Source of the DNA: the human T2T-CHM13v2.0 reference genome, Homo sapiens
Length of the DNA stretch: 64,000 nucleotides
Assembly (NCBI RefSeq): GCF_009914755.1
Contig: NC_060925.1
Strand: one strand, 5' to 3'
Shown here piece by piece: positions 53,865 through 64,000 of this stretch. The notes under the pieces are model-generated. The model was given only the letters and a program-made list of their open reading frames with translations, was not told the origin of the DNA and searched no databases. The position numbers were made by a program, and so were the translations under genes. Within the stretch, counting starts at the first letter, position 1; every line of letters starts with the position of its first letter.

Positions 53865-54044
53865 ATGGAGGGCGAGCGCCGGGCATCGCAGGCGCCCTCC
53901 TCGGGCCTCCCGGCCGGGGGCGCCAACGGGGAGAGCCCGGGGGGCGGCGCCCCCTTTCCGGGCAGCAGCGGCTCTTCCGCCCTGCTGCAGGCGGAGGTGC
54001 TGGATCTGGACGAGGACGAGGACGACCTGGAGGTGTTCAGCAAG
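53865..54044 (+). CDS. SNX7: Sorting nexin-7, coding exon 1 (aa 1-60)
   Basis: MEGERRASQAPSSGLPAGGANGESPGGGAPFPGSSGSSALLQAEVLDLDEDEDDLEVFSK matches the human SNX7 N-terminus as I recall it; strong Kozak GGGATGG; donor AAG|GTGAGG after exactly 60 codons. Confidence 0.95.
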
Positions 54045-55384
54045 GTGAGGGCGGCGGCGGCGAGTCCCGGGAAACTTCCAAGGCAACTCCGGGCGTTGCC
54101 AGCATTGCGCCGACGGCTGCCTCTGGCGCGCTTGCCCTCCCGGGGCGGTGGCTCTGAGCTGGGGACGAGTGAGGTCCCCCGGGCTGCTGGACCCCGCCTG
54201 CCAGCTCTGGCCGCACCCGGGGCCGCGTCGCCTCGGGGCCTCAAACCGCAGCCGCTCCCTCCTCCGCACTTTGACCTTCCGTTCGGCGGGGCTGTGGCTT
54301 AGTGGAGTCTGCAAAGTTGTGATTTGTTTTCCCTTTCTGCTTCTCTGACACAGACATCTTCCTCGCGGCAGCTCCCGAACCTGGGAGGCTGGTGGCTCAA
54401 AACCGCTCCCGCCAGCTGCTTTTCGGGCGAGGCCAGCCCTGAACTCTGGGAGAGCAGCCAAGTTTAGAGAAATTATTCTTAATTTAGTGTTGTTGCTTGT
54501 GGATTTGAGACTTGGGTGAGTCTCGGGTCTTGTGGGAATAGGTTCTAGGAAATCTCCCTGAACAGGAGAAAACGGTTGTTTCTAACAGGAAGCTCCTCCG
54601 CTGAGGAGCTAAGGATTTTTCAGATGGTCAGCTACTGCCACCCAACCCACAGCCAGTGCTTTCGTTTTTCCTTGCCCCCGGGAAATTTAGGACCAAAGGC
54701 TCTTATTTGCTTATTTTACTGTTGGAGGGAAATTGACTTGTGGGGGCTAGTGGTAGACTTTTGGTACGTGTAGACTGGTGTTTGTAATTTCTTAAAGGGT
54801 TTTAGAAAAGAAAAATACCTTTCTTGCAGGGAGGTTGAATGTCACTCCAGTTTCTCAAGTTGCTGCTGAGAGAAGACCTGAGTTCAGATCACAACGCTGT
54901 ATTCATTACTAAGAAGCCTGTTCATTTTAACGTTACCTGGAGATATTAGGTAAAGCAAACGACCTACTTAACCACCGCATTTACTCTGGGAGAGCAAACC
55001 AAAGTTAGGAAGTGACCATGCATACTCTGACTCCAAAGAGGAGTATATAAAACTTATTTCTACTTCGGTTTAAATGGAATGATAGGCCCAGGTTTGTATT
55101 CCGAATATTTAAACAGACTATCACAGTTTTGTGCTGTTGACTTTTCTGTTAAGTAGTAAAACAATGGAATTATTTTATGTTTAGTTGTAAACTCTGCCTT
55201 TTTATATTCCACACATACTTCATGTTCAGATCAACGACAGTTGGCCAGTTGGTTATTTACTTTCTTTCCTTCTTTACATTGCTGTTTGGATAAGGAATAT
55301 TAGTCTATGGTTATGCATTGTGAAACTTTGGGATGGGATGTTGGAAATAGCAATGGTGTATCAGAATCATCAGGGTTTCTTTCT

Positions 55385-55385
<1 letters not shown>

Positions 55386-55417
<32 letters not shown>

Positions 55418-55507
55418 TCGGGGCTGGACCCATCTGGCCTCAAGGGATTCTACCACCTCCAGCACCCAAAGGGTTTGGGATTACAGGCTTGAGCCACAGT
55501 GACTCGG
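55386..55507 (-). mobile_element. T31 tract plus degenerate Alu monomer (FLAM-like)
   Basis: T run at 55386-55416 then CTGGCCTCAAGGGATTCT...GGGATTACAGGCTTGAGCCAC. Confidence 0.7.
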
Positions 55508-55601
55508 ATTGTTTTAAACTTGTCAAGTGGTTTCTCTTTCCCCAGATTCTAGGTGTTCTAGCTGACTCTTAAGAATCAATGTTTAAATGAGGTCCTCTTG
55601 T

Positions 55602-55930
55602 CAGAGGCAGATCCAAGGTGAAGCTAATGAAATTGAAGCTTCAGCGCTATTCGTTTGCTTAGACCTCTGGGCGTGTTGGGGGTTGCTGGAGTCGCAGATG
55701 TTCTAGGTGGGAAGGAAATGACAGGTCCCGACCAGAAGCATTTCTAAATAAGCATTTCTGGTGAATTGCCTAAAGCTCTCTCAGACTAAGGAATCTAGAT
55801 CTCCATGGCTCCAATCATTTATTGAGATTTCTTTTCTCATTCTGAATAATGTGTTTTTCCACCTAATTTTGTATTCTTTTAAAAGGGGACCTTCCAAACT
55901 CTAAAAGCCCGTACACCTGGGTCCACCCTG
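55602..55930 (-). mobile_element. MER53/MamRep38-like hAT DNA transposon fossil
   Basis: Termini CAGAGGCAGATCCAAGGTGAAGCTAATGAAATTGAAGCTTCAG and CCTGGGTCCACCCTG. Confidence 0.55.
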
Positions 55931-56397
55931 CTTGTTAGTGTTAACTGCGCGTGTTGGATGCTTAGAAAAAGTTAAGAACAACTTCTGTAGAAACTGCCCA
56001 CATAGATTAAGGCAAAGATATAATATTAGTGAAAATCCAACAAGAGTAGTTGGAAAAGTTTAAAATTAGCCACTTTCATCCATTTCAGTAAGTTGAATTT
56101 CTCAACCGTTATCTGTAGTTAAGCAAATTTAAGAAAGCCTGCTCCACGTGGCCTTCCCTTTCCACTACCTTCCTTGCCTGCTCCTCTATAAAACAAACAC
56201 CACTGCTGTTCAGCCTATCCTAGGATGGAATCTCACAATTACTTATGAAGCAAACTGTCCTTCCCTTTTAGTAATTTGAGATTGGCAAACTACATATTTA
56301 ATTTACATTCACCTTTATAGTCCCCTTATTCTCTTAGATTATTTGTGAATATGTGTCTGGTATACTCTTCCAGAAGCTTTTTAAAGAGTATGAATTT

Positions 56398-56668
56398 CCC
56401 CAGCACTTTGGGAGGCTGAGGCTAGCGGATCACTTGAAGTCAGGAGTTCACAACCAGCCTGGCCAACATAGTGAAACCCCATCTTTACTAAAAATATAAA
56501 AATTAGCCGGGTGTGGTGGTGGGAGCCTTTAATCCTAGCTAACCGGGAAGCTGAGGCAGGAGAATCTCTTGAACCCGGGATGCAGAGGTTGCAGTGGGCT
56601 GAGAGATCACGCCACTGCATTCCCACCTGAGTGACGGAGTGAGACTCTGTCTCAAAAGAAAAACAAAA
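56398..56668 (+). mobile_element. Alu (AluS), slightly 5'-truncated
   Basis: CCCAGCACTTTGGGAGGCTGAGG...GAGACTCTGTCTCAAAA. Confidence 0.92.
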
Positions 56669-57663
56669 CAACTTCTTATTATTTTTTTTCCACAACGTAT
56701 TACAAGTACATGGCAAATATACATTTTGTGTTAAGTATGCTTTAAAAAAAAGAAATACAAGATTTAGTTCTTGCTATCACAATCTTATACTCCAGGTGGG
56801 AAGATGTGACAAACTCTAAATGGCAATATAAACCAAGAGGGATGGAAAGTAAAACAAAGTTGTTCTGAATTTTCTTATAATCCAGTGAGAAGAAAATGAT
56901 GCCAGACCTCAAGAGAATGCAGAGGACATTGATTTAAAAGAACGGGGATAGATGTTAGAAGGAAGAGAACAGAACCAATCATACAAAAACAGTAAAAATA
57001 AAAAAATAAAAAAGATACACAAATGGTAACAAGAGCCTAAGAATTATTTTAGAACTAGGTCACAATGAGATGAGGCTTCCAAAAAATTTAACTGGAGAAA
57101 AAGGGCCAGTTTCTTCACGTTTAAAGGAAAAAATCCTCCTCTTTGGGGAAAAACAATAAATTAAAATAAATTGCCTTTATTTTTATTGAATACTGTATAA
57201 AAGAAACAGCTGTGGATACAGTGTATGTGATTAGGCCACAATGAAGCACTGAGATGCTTATCTGGTACTCAGTAAATGATAGCTCTAATTGGCCTCTTTA
57301 AAGATATTCGGGATCATAAAAGTGAGATATATATCATCTAGGATAATCAGGGAACTTACAGGTGTAATCATCCTCATCACCACTAGTCATCTTTGAGAAA
57401 TCATGAAATGCAATAATGGTTCCCTGAAACTAGAGATAGGTAAATATTGTTTTTAAAAATAATGGGCAAAATGGGAGTTCTGGAAGGTAGCGAACAGTAG
57501 GTTTCATTTCAATCTCCAAAAAAGCCATGAAATGAATTATTTAGTATGTTGTTTATACACACTTTGAAAAAAACATGATCAATAGAAGCTACAAGTTTTA
57601 TAAGAATAATGAAAGACTTAAGATTGTGTTTATGGTAAATCAGAGTTATAATGACATGATTGA

Positions 57664-58035
<372 letters not shown>

Positions 58036-58729
58036 TAAAGTTGAGACATCTAACATACACATGTATACATATCTTTATATGTATATATATATTTTTTTCT
58101 TTGTCAATTTGGAAATTCAGTATAGTGATGGAGCGGCATAATTATACTATTCATCTATTCTATCAAATAATTAGAAAAAGATTAGGAAGTCCTGCTTACT
58201 AATTTCTCACATATATTCTCTGCACAGTCTATTTGGTTTCTGTTGTGTGCCTATATCAGTCATCACTCTGATAAAAATCAGAATTCTCTCCAATGATTTA
58301 AATGAGAGTTGAATGCGGGGACTATTTATGGAATTATTGGCAGAGTTAGTGAACAAACAAGGAATACTGAGGCATTTAGAGAGTTGTAGTGGGAAAAAGC
58401 TATTAGCATCCCTAGCTTTAAAGGGACAAGAAATGGAAATAGCATTGCTGGAAACCAGTCAGACCTGGAGCTGTGGAGATGGGGACACTTCTTCAGGAAC
58501 TGCATTTACAGAGAGAGGTAGCTACTGCCGGAAACGTGCCAAAGCAGGAGGAAATAAGGGGTATGTTCCCTGAATTCCTCTCCTCCTGCCTTTGGATCTC
58601 CTGCTTGCACTCCTCTTTGAGTGGTCTTGCTAAGGTGATGTCATCTATAGGTGCCAGCCTCCTAGGGCACAGAAAATAGATGGGTGGGGTCGTAGGACAT
58701 AGTACAACAATGTGGAGAGTTACTTTCAA

Positions 58730-59318
58730 TAAAGGTGACTGTGTCAGTATCTCTCATTGTATATGCTCTTCTATGATGTGACCTGCCACTCTCCTACGGA
58801 GAGATGGTATAAGTGCTGCTTTCCTTGAACTTGGGTGGGATTATGACTGCCTTGATCTATAGGATATGGTGGAAGTGATGCTGTGCAACTTCCCAGGCTA
58901 GATCATGAAAGGGAATGTAGGTTTCGTGTTGTCCAGTGGGACACTGTGCTTTTTGGAGCACCATGTAAGAAATGCAACCTAAAACCTCCATGTTAGGAAA
59001 CCCATGTTACATTGAAACCATATGTAAATGCTTGGTCAGCAGCCCTAGCCGAAGTCCCTGGCACTATCCAGCATTAAGTGGCAGGCTTTCATGTGAAGAT
59101 GTCTGTATGATTTCAGCCTCCAGCATTCATGTGCCCTCAGCCATCAAGTCTTTTCAGTTGAGCCCTCATGTATAATGGAGGAGAGACAAGACATTTCTGC
59201 TGTGTGCTTCCTGAATTCCTGCATAAACCAGTGAGCATAATAAAATCTAAAACAATAAAATCGTTTTATACGACTATGTTTTCAGATTGTTTGTTACACA
59301 GCAGTAGTAACTATAACA
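58730..59318 (+). mobile_element. MLT1 (MLT1G/H-like) LTR
   Basis: ATATGGTGGAAGTGATGCTGTGCAACTTCCCAGGCTAGATCAT...TTGTTTGTTACACAGCAGTAGTAACTATAACA. Confidence 0.7.
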
Positions 59319-59502
59319 ATAGCTAATAGTCTGTATATCATAATCAGCCTTCCAAATCTTTTGATAAGTTAGAACATTGTATTCAGAAGTAGACTATGGA
59401 ATTTAATTGGGATAAATATGAAGTTCTGAAGAAAGCTCCATTAGTCATTGTAAGTAAAAATACCATTAAGATATAAGCTTAGTGGTTAGGAGTAGAAACT
59501 CT

Positions 59503-59806
59503 CTTTTCTTTTTATTTGAGACAAGGTCTCACTCTGTCACCCAGGCTAGAGTGCAGTGGCGTGATTTTGGCTCACTGCAACCTCCACCTCCCAAGGCTCA
59601 AGCTATCCTCCTACCTCAGCCTCCCCAGTAGCTGGGACTACAGGTGCACACTGCCACACCCAGCATTTTTTTTTTTTGTATTTTTAGTAGAGATGGGGTT
59701 TTGCCATGTTGTCCAGGCTGGTCTCGAATTCCTGACCTCAGGTGATCTGCCCACCTCGGCCTCCCAAAGTGCTGAGATTGCAGGTGTGAGCCACCACACC
59801 TGGTCC
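59503..59806 (-). mobile_element. Alu inserted in a MIR (about 59475-59945)
   Basis: Full dimer; TSD AGGAGTAG(AA/GG)ACTCT; the MIR core resumes downstream (TTTTCATCTGTAAAATGAGGATAA). Confidence 0.9.
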
Positions 59807-61654
59807 AGGAGTAGGGACTCTAACTACATTGCCTGCATTTGAAATCCTGGCTGCACTGCTTACTAGTATTATTGCCTAAGGCAAGTAACTTAATGTCAAT
59901 GCGTCAGATTTTTCATCTGTAAAATGAGGATAAATACTAATGACGATTACATGCCCTAATATGTATGTTCCCCTTTCCCTAAGGCCTACATCCTGATCTT
60001 GTCTTAGTGGGCCTTACCATTTTGATGATTAGAAAAAAAAAAACAAAAAAAACAAAACAAACAAACAAAAAAAACAATAAAACAAAATAGGGCTGATCCA
60101 GGACTACTTATATTTCTCTTGCAAAAAATTTCACTCTGTGCCATTATAGCTCTCTTATAGGTTAAGTATTCTTTTATATTTCTCCTTGGGGAGGAAGTCT
60201 AGGTAGGTGAAATAGAAAGAAGGTGAAAAGCTCTAAGTTTCTCTTTTTGAGGTAGCATATATGATCAACAATAAAACCAAAACAAGGAAACTTCAGAATA
60301 AGTTTGGGGAGACCTTGTATAGGACCATTTTATGTGCAAACATTCCTAGTGGTTTTCAGTGACTGAAAAACCAGTATACACAAATGACATGATATTGAAT
60401 TTAAACACCATATTTTCAAGGTCATATAGGGTATTAATTTTAATGTAAATTTGAACTCTCCATGCCACTTCAGAAGATCCATTCCACTCTCAGCATTTTA
60501 AAAGGAGAATTAACAGTTGATGTCAAAAAATGGCAGAGGAATAAGGCCTCATCTTCAGATGCCAGTGCCTTGTTATGGATTCTTTGGAATACTGTGTTAA
60601 GATGGAGCTGAAATCTGGTCTGAGCTTAGAAAGAGGGCTTAGATCCATTAACACTGTCTTCCTTTGGCACAGGAAGTAGCAACAGTTTTGTCACACGTAT
60701 TTGCTATCCATGAAAGAGAGTCCACTAAGGGATTTCACTGATGATATGTTCTGTTAACCATGGCCTGTGAAGAAAGTCTGGTGAAGAACAAAAAGTGATT
60801 TAGCTTGGAAGAGATGGGTTAATTCTTTTAATAACTCCTTATGAACACTTACTATGATCTAGGTGGATTAAATGTTTACAGTTTTGAAGGGCAAAACTAG
60901 GACCACTGGGTCAAAAAATAGAAGTTTCAGGTTAATTCAGAAAATAGATTTCTAATTAAAGTTTCCAAAATGAAAGGGATTGCCCAACAGGATCGTGAAT
61001 TCTGTCACTAAAAATGTTCTGGTACAAGCTGGATGACTAACTGTCCCAGAGGAGAGGAGGGTGTGACAGTTGAACTGTCCTTTTTTACTAAGGCTGTTCC
61101 AGTGGAATTTTAACTTACTAAATTTAACTGTAAGAGCAGTGGAAAGTCTTAATTAGATGGGCCTATTCATCCCTTCAGTTTATTTCCAACTGGACTATGT
61201 TCTGCCATTCTCCAGTTCTTAATTTCTCTTCCCCAACCCGTTGTCTTTTCCATTTAATTTTCTCCTAGTGATGTAATAATTCCTTAGGTGTCCAGGATAA
61301 AATCCTCAGTGTTTACCTTCTAATCATCCCTCTCATGCACTCTCCATGTCTGTTCATATATCTGAATGTCCCCATCATTTTTACCTTTTTGATATCTCTG
61401 GAATTAGTGCCTCCTTTCAGTTTCCTCTCCTATGTTTGGAGTGGTTGTGTAGTTACCTCTGAGAACTATTGAAATAGCCTCATAAGGTCTTCATTCTCCT
61501 AATATTCTGCCCCCATTCTATGTGTTCCCAGCAAATCAGTGTTTCCAGAGCACACAGCTCTGATCATATTGTCACCATTTGCCATTCACAGCTGTTGATG
61601 TTTAGGCTGTCAGCCTTCTCCTTCACCCCAACTCTCTTTCCTGGAGAGCCTCAC

Positions 61655-61786
61655 TATTCAGTTCCATGACTGTTACATCACCTGGGAGCTGGTTACAAAT
61701 GCAGTCTCAGACCCCAGTGAATTGGAATCTGATTTAAACAGGATTTGTGGTAATTTGTTTCCACCGTACAATTTGAGAAGCACTGA
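61655..61786. mobile_element. MER5A-like hAT fossil inside an L2 remnant (about 61190-62112)
   Basis: CATCACCTGGGAGCTGGTTACAAATGCAG...TTTGAGAAGCACTG; L2-type tail AATAAATACATAAATGAATGA near 62100. Confidence 0.7.
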
Positions 61787-62599
61787 TCTAGGTTGGTCCA
61801 CTTGCCACTATGTGAACTTACTGTGTATTTTTCTACTTTTGTGTAGTTATTGTTAGGGCAGTGAAACAAAACCTTTTCTGTTACTCATCATCCCTAAGAA
61901 CCTTCTTCAATCCTCAGCTGGAATTAATTTTTTCCAGTCTGTGCTCTCCATACTAGTGTTTTGAATCATCTAATGCTTAATACATTCTGCCTTATAAATA
62001 GATATTATTTCTCTTTTCCAAAATCTTGATTGCTTGTCTGTTTTCAATAGATTAAGCTCTCAAAGGTAGGAGAGTAGGAACTCTATTTACAGAATAAATA
62101 CATAAATGAATGACGTAGCCTCTGACTTTTTTCATATTTATAGAGACAGTTATTACAGCAATTTGCTGGTGATCTGTTTTTAGTGAATTCAGTTTGTATC
62201 ATACTGGTCTTTCCTGTCAGGATACTAAACTACATAGAATTAAATTAGTCTTAATTAATGGTGAGTAATGTTATTGTTTGATGATACAGAGAGCTATGTT
62301 GAGCCTCAATCCTGAACAAAATCTCCCATTTAGATTATATTAGAAGAAATAAACACAAAGCATAAAAAATCCAAGATAATAATTTAGAAACATTCTTTTA
62401 CTTGAAAAAAAACCATATTAAGCTATTAATACTATAATAGCACCTGCCTCAGGGAGCTTGATTACAAGTAGTGGAAGCCAACTCTGGCAGGAAAGAAGTG
62501 CAATCTTGAATATTAGATTGCTCACAGAGTAGATGTAAAGGCTGGAAATGCAGCTGCAGAAAGGGACAGGCGCTAGCAGAAACTATAGCCAATCGTATA

Positions 62600-62894
62600 T
62601 AGTCATGTGCTGTGTAAGGAACGTTTTGGTCAATGATGGACTGCCTAAGATTGCAATACTGTGTTTTACTGTACCTTTTCTAATCATGTGTTACAGCTGC
62701 CTACAGTTTTCATAACAGTAACATGTACAGGTTTGTAGCCTGGGATCAATAGGCTATACCATCTAGCCTATGTATGAAGTAGGGTATATGATCTAGGTTT
62801 GTGTAAGTGAACTCTATGATGTTCACACAATGACAAAATTTCCTAAGGATGCATTTCTCAGAACCTGTCCCCATCATTAAATGACACATGCCTG
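62600..62894 (+). mobile_element. Tigger3a-like (TcMar-Tigger) MITE
   Basis: TIR-like ends AGTCATGTGC / GACACATGCCTG with TA flanks; GCATTTCTCAGAACCTGTCCCCATCATTAA. Confidence 0.8.
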
Positions 62895-63627
62895 TATTTG
62901 GAAAGGGGATTGGATGTTGTATAAACAAAGAAAAAAAAATTATGAGGACCTATAGGAAAGAGAGCTACAGCTCTTTTATGTAGAGACAGTGAGTTTTATT
63001 TATTTATTTATTTATTTATTGGTCAGGAGCAATGAGGAAAGTTATTACAAATATTTTGAGAAAATGATGTTAAAAGGCTCCAGATTTAAACTTAGTGTAC
63101 TCTAAAAAGAATACTTTATTTCCGTGAGTTTTAAAGATAAAGTTTTATGTTTGTATCCTTGAGGGTCCTCATAGCCTGCTGTAGTTTTACAAGTAGCTAG
63201 TGTGATCAAAAAGAAACACAGATTCAATAGCTATGTGGTTACAGTGTTAAAAATTTATTTTATTCATGTTTATTTATTTGTGTCCCACACTTTCCAAAGA
63301 AGATATGAGACTAAAAGTTAAACATTTTCATTGGAGTCACCTTAAGTATATACAGTTTTCTCAATAAACAGGTAAAGAGTTATATGCTTAAAAGATTTTG
63401 CTCATTTTAAACAGAATATTTGATTAACTTTGGATTGCATGTATCAATCAAGCTGGATAATAGTGTGTTACCTCTAGTATTAATAAAAAAAGACAATTAA
63501 AATTATTAGCAAATACTGACATAAAAATCTGCTTGTGTTAAAACATAGGGTTAAACCAACAGTTTTAACATTGAAATGGAAAAATTTTATTATATTTGAC
63601 TTTGAGAAATGCTTTTATATGACATGC

Positions 63628-64000
63628 TCTTTTTTTCTTTTTAAATTCAATTTTATTGAGTATAATTTACATACCATAAAATTCACCCATTTTGGGTGAA
63701 TGATTTTTTTAAGATAATTAACCAGATTGTACAACTATCACTATAAACCAGTTTTAGAACATTTTCATCTCCCCAATATGATCCATTATGCCTGCTTACA
63801 GTTAATCTCTGTTTTCTCTCTGTCATAGACAAAAACCACTCATCTAAATTTTCTGTTTATATAAATTTGTCTTTTTAGGTAATTTCAAATAAATAGAATC
63901 ATATCATATATGCTTTATCACAATTTTGAGATTCTTTCATTTGTCATATTTTTAGGTTCATTTCTATTAGAAAAATGATTTTATATCATAGTTTTATTTT
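63628..64000 (-). mobile_element. Old L1M (L1MB/MC) 3' end
   Basis: TTTTATTGAGTATAATTTACATACCATAAAATTCACCCATTTT...TTTTAGAACATTTTCATCTCCCCAA. Confidence 0.75.

Larger units (their letters stand above)
53450..54430. promoter_or_regulatory. SNX7: CpG island covering the SNX7 promoter, exon 1 and start of intron 1
   Basis: Abrupt switch to very GC- and CpG-rich sequence within an AT-rich, CpG-depleted window. Confidence 0.93.

Noticed and set aside
54045-54302. SNX7 frame stays open for 85 codons into intron 1
   Set aside because: Expected from GC content. A consensus donor at 54045 explains the exon end, and nothing indicates a retained-intron product.
53331-54461. Long overlapping ORFs in the CpG island (376 aa minus, 249 aa plus, 220 aa minus)
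   Set aside because: Stop codons are scarce in very GC-rich DNA. The products are R/P/G/A-biased with no recognisable domain. Only the SNX7 frame has Kozak and donor support.

Overview
Primate genomic DNA, almost certainly human or great ape. The only recognisable protein-coding sequence is coding exon 1 of SNX7 (sorting nexin 7; 53865-54044, + strand, 60 codons, phase-0 donor). It lies in a CpG island with GC boxes and a CCAAT box, and is followed by about 10 kb of intron 1. The roughly 53 kb upstream is intergenic and mostly transposon-derived: three L1PA copies, a 3'-truncated L1MA-type element, a deeply nested L1MB/ERVL/MaLR/MER52/Alu cluster, ERVL remnants, about 15 Alu/FLAM pieces, MIR, L2 and DNA-transposon fossils. 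Nearly all listed ORFs are transposon remnants or GC-rich artefacts. I see no evidence for a new multi-gene system. The best leads are: (1) a well-formed 162-nt candidate poison/alternative exon inside the SNX7 CpG island; (2) a perfect 22-bp tandem duplication of a CTCF-like core in an ancient ERVL fragment; (3) a short 3' transduction on an L1PA2/3; (4) rare variants shared by two L1 copies 15.2 kb apart; (5) two fossil deletion junctions. Repeat subfamily calls come from remembered consensus motifs, not RepeatMasker, and boundaries of old elements are approximate.
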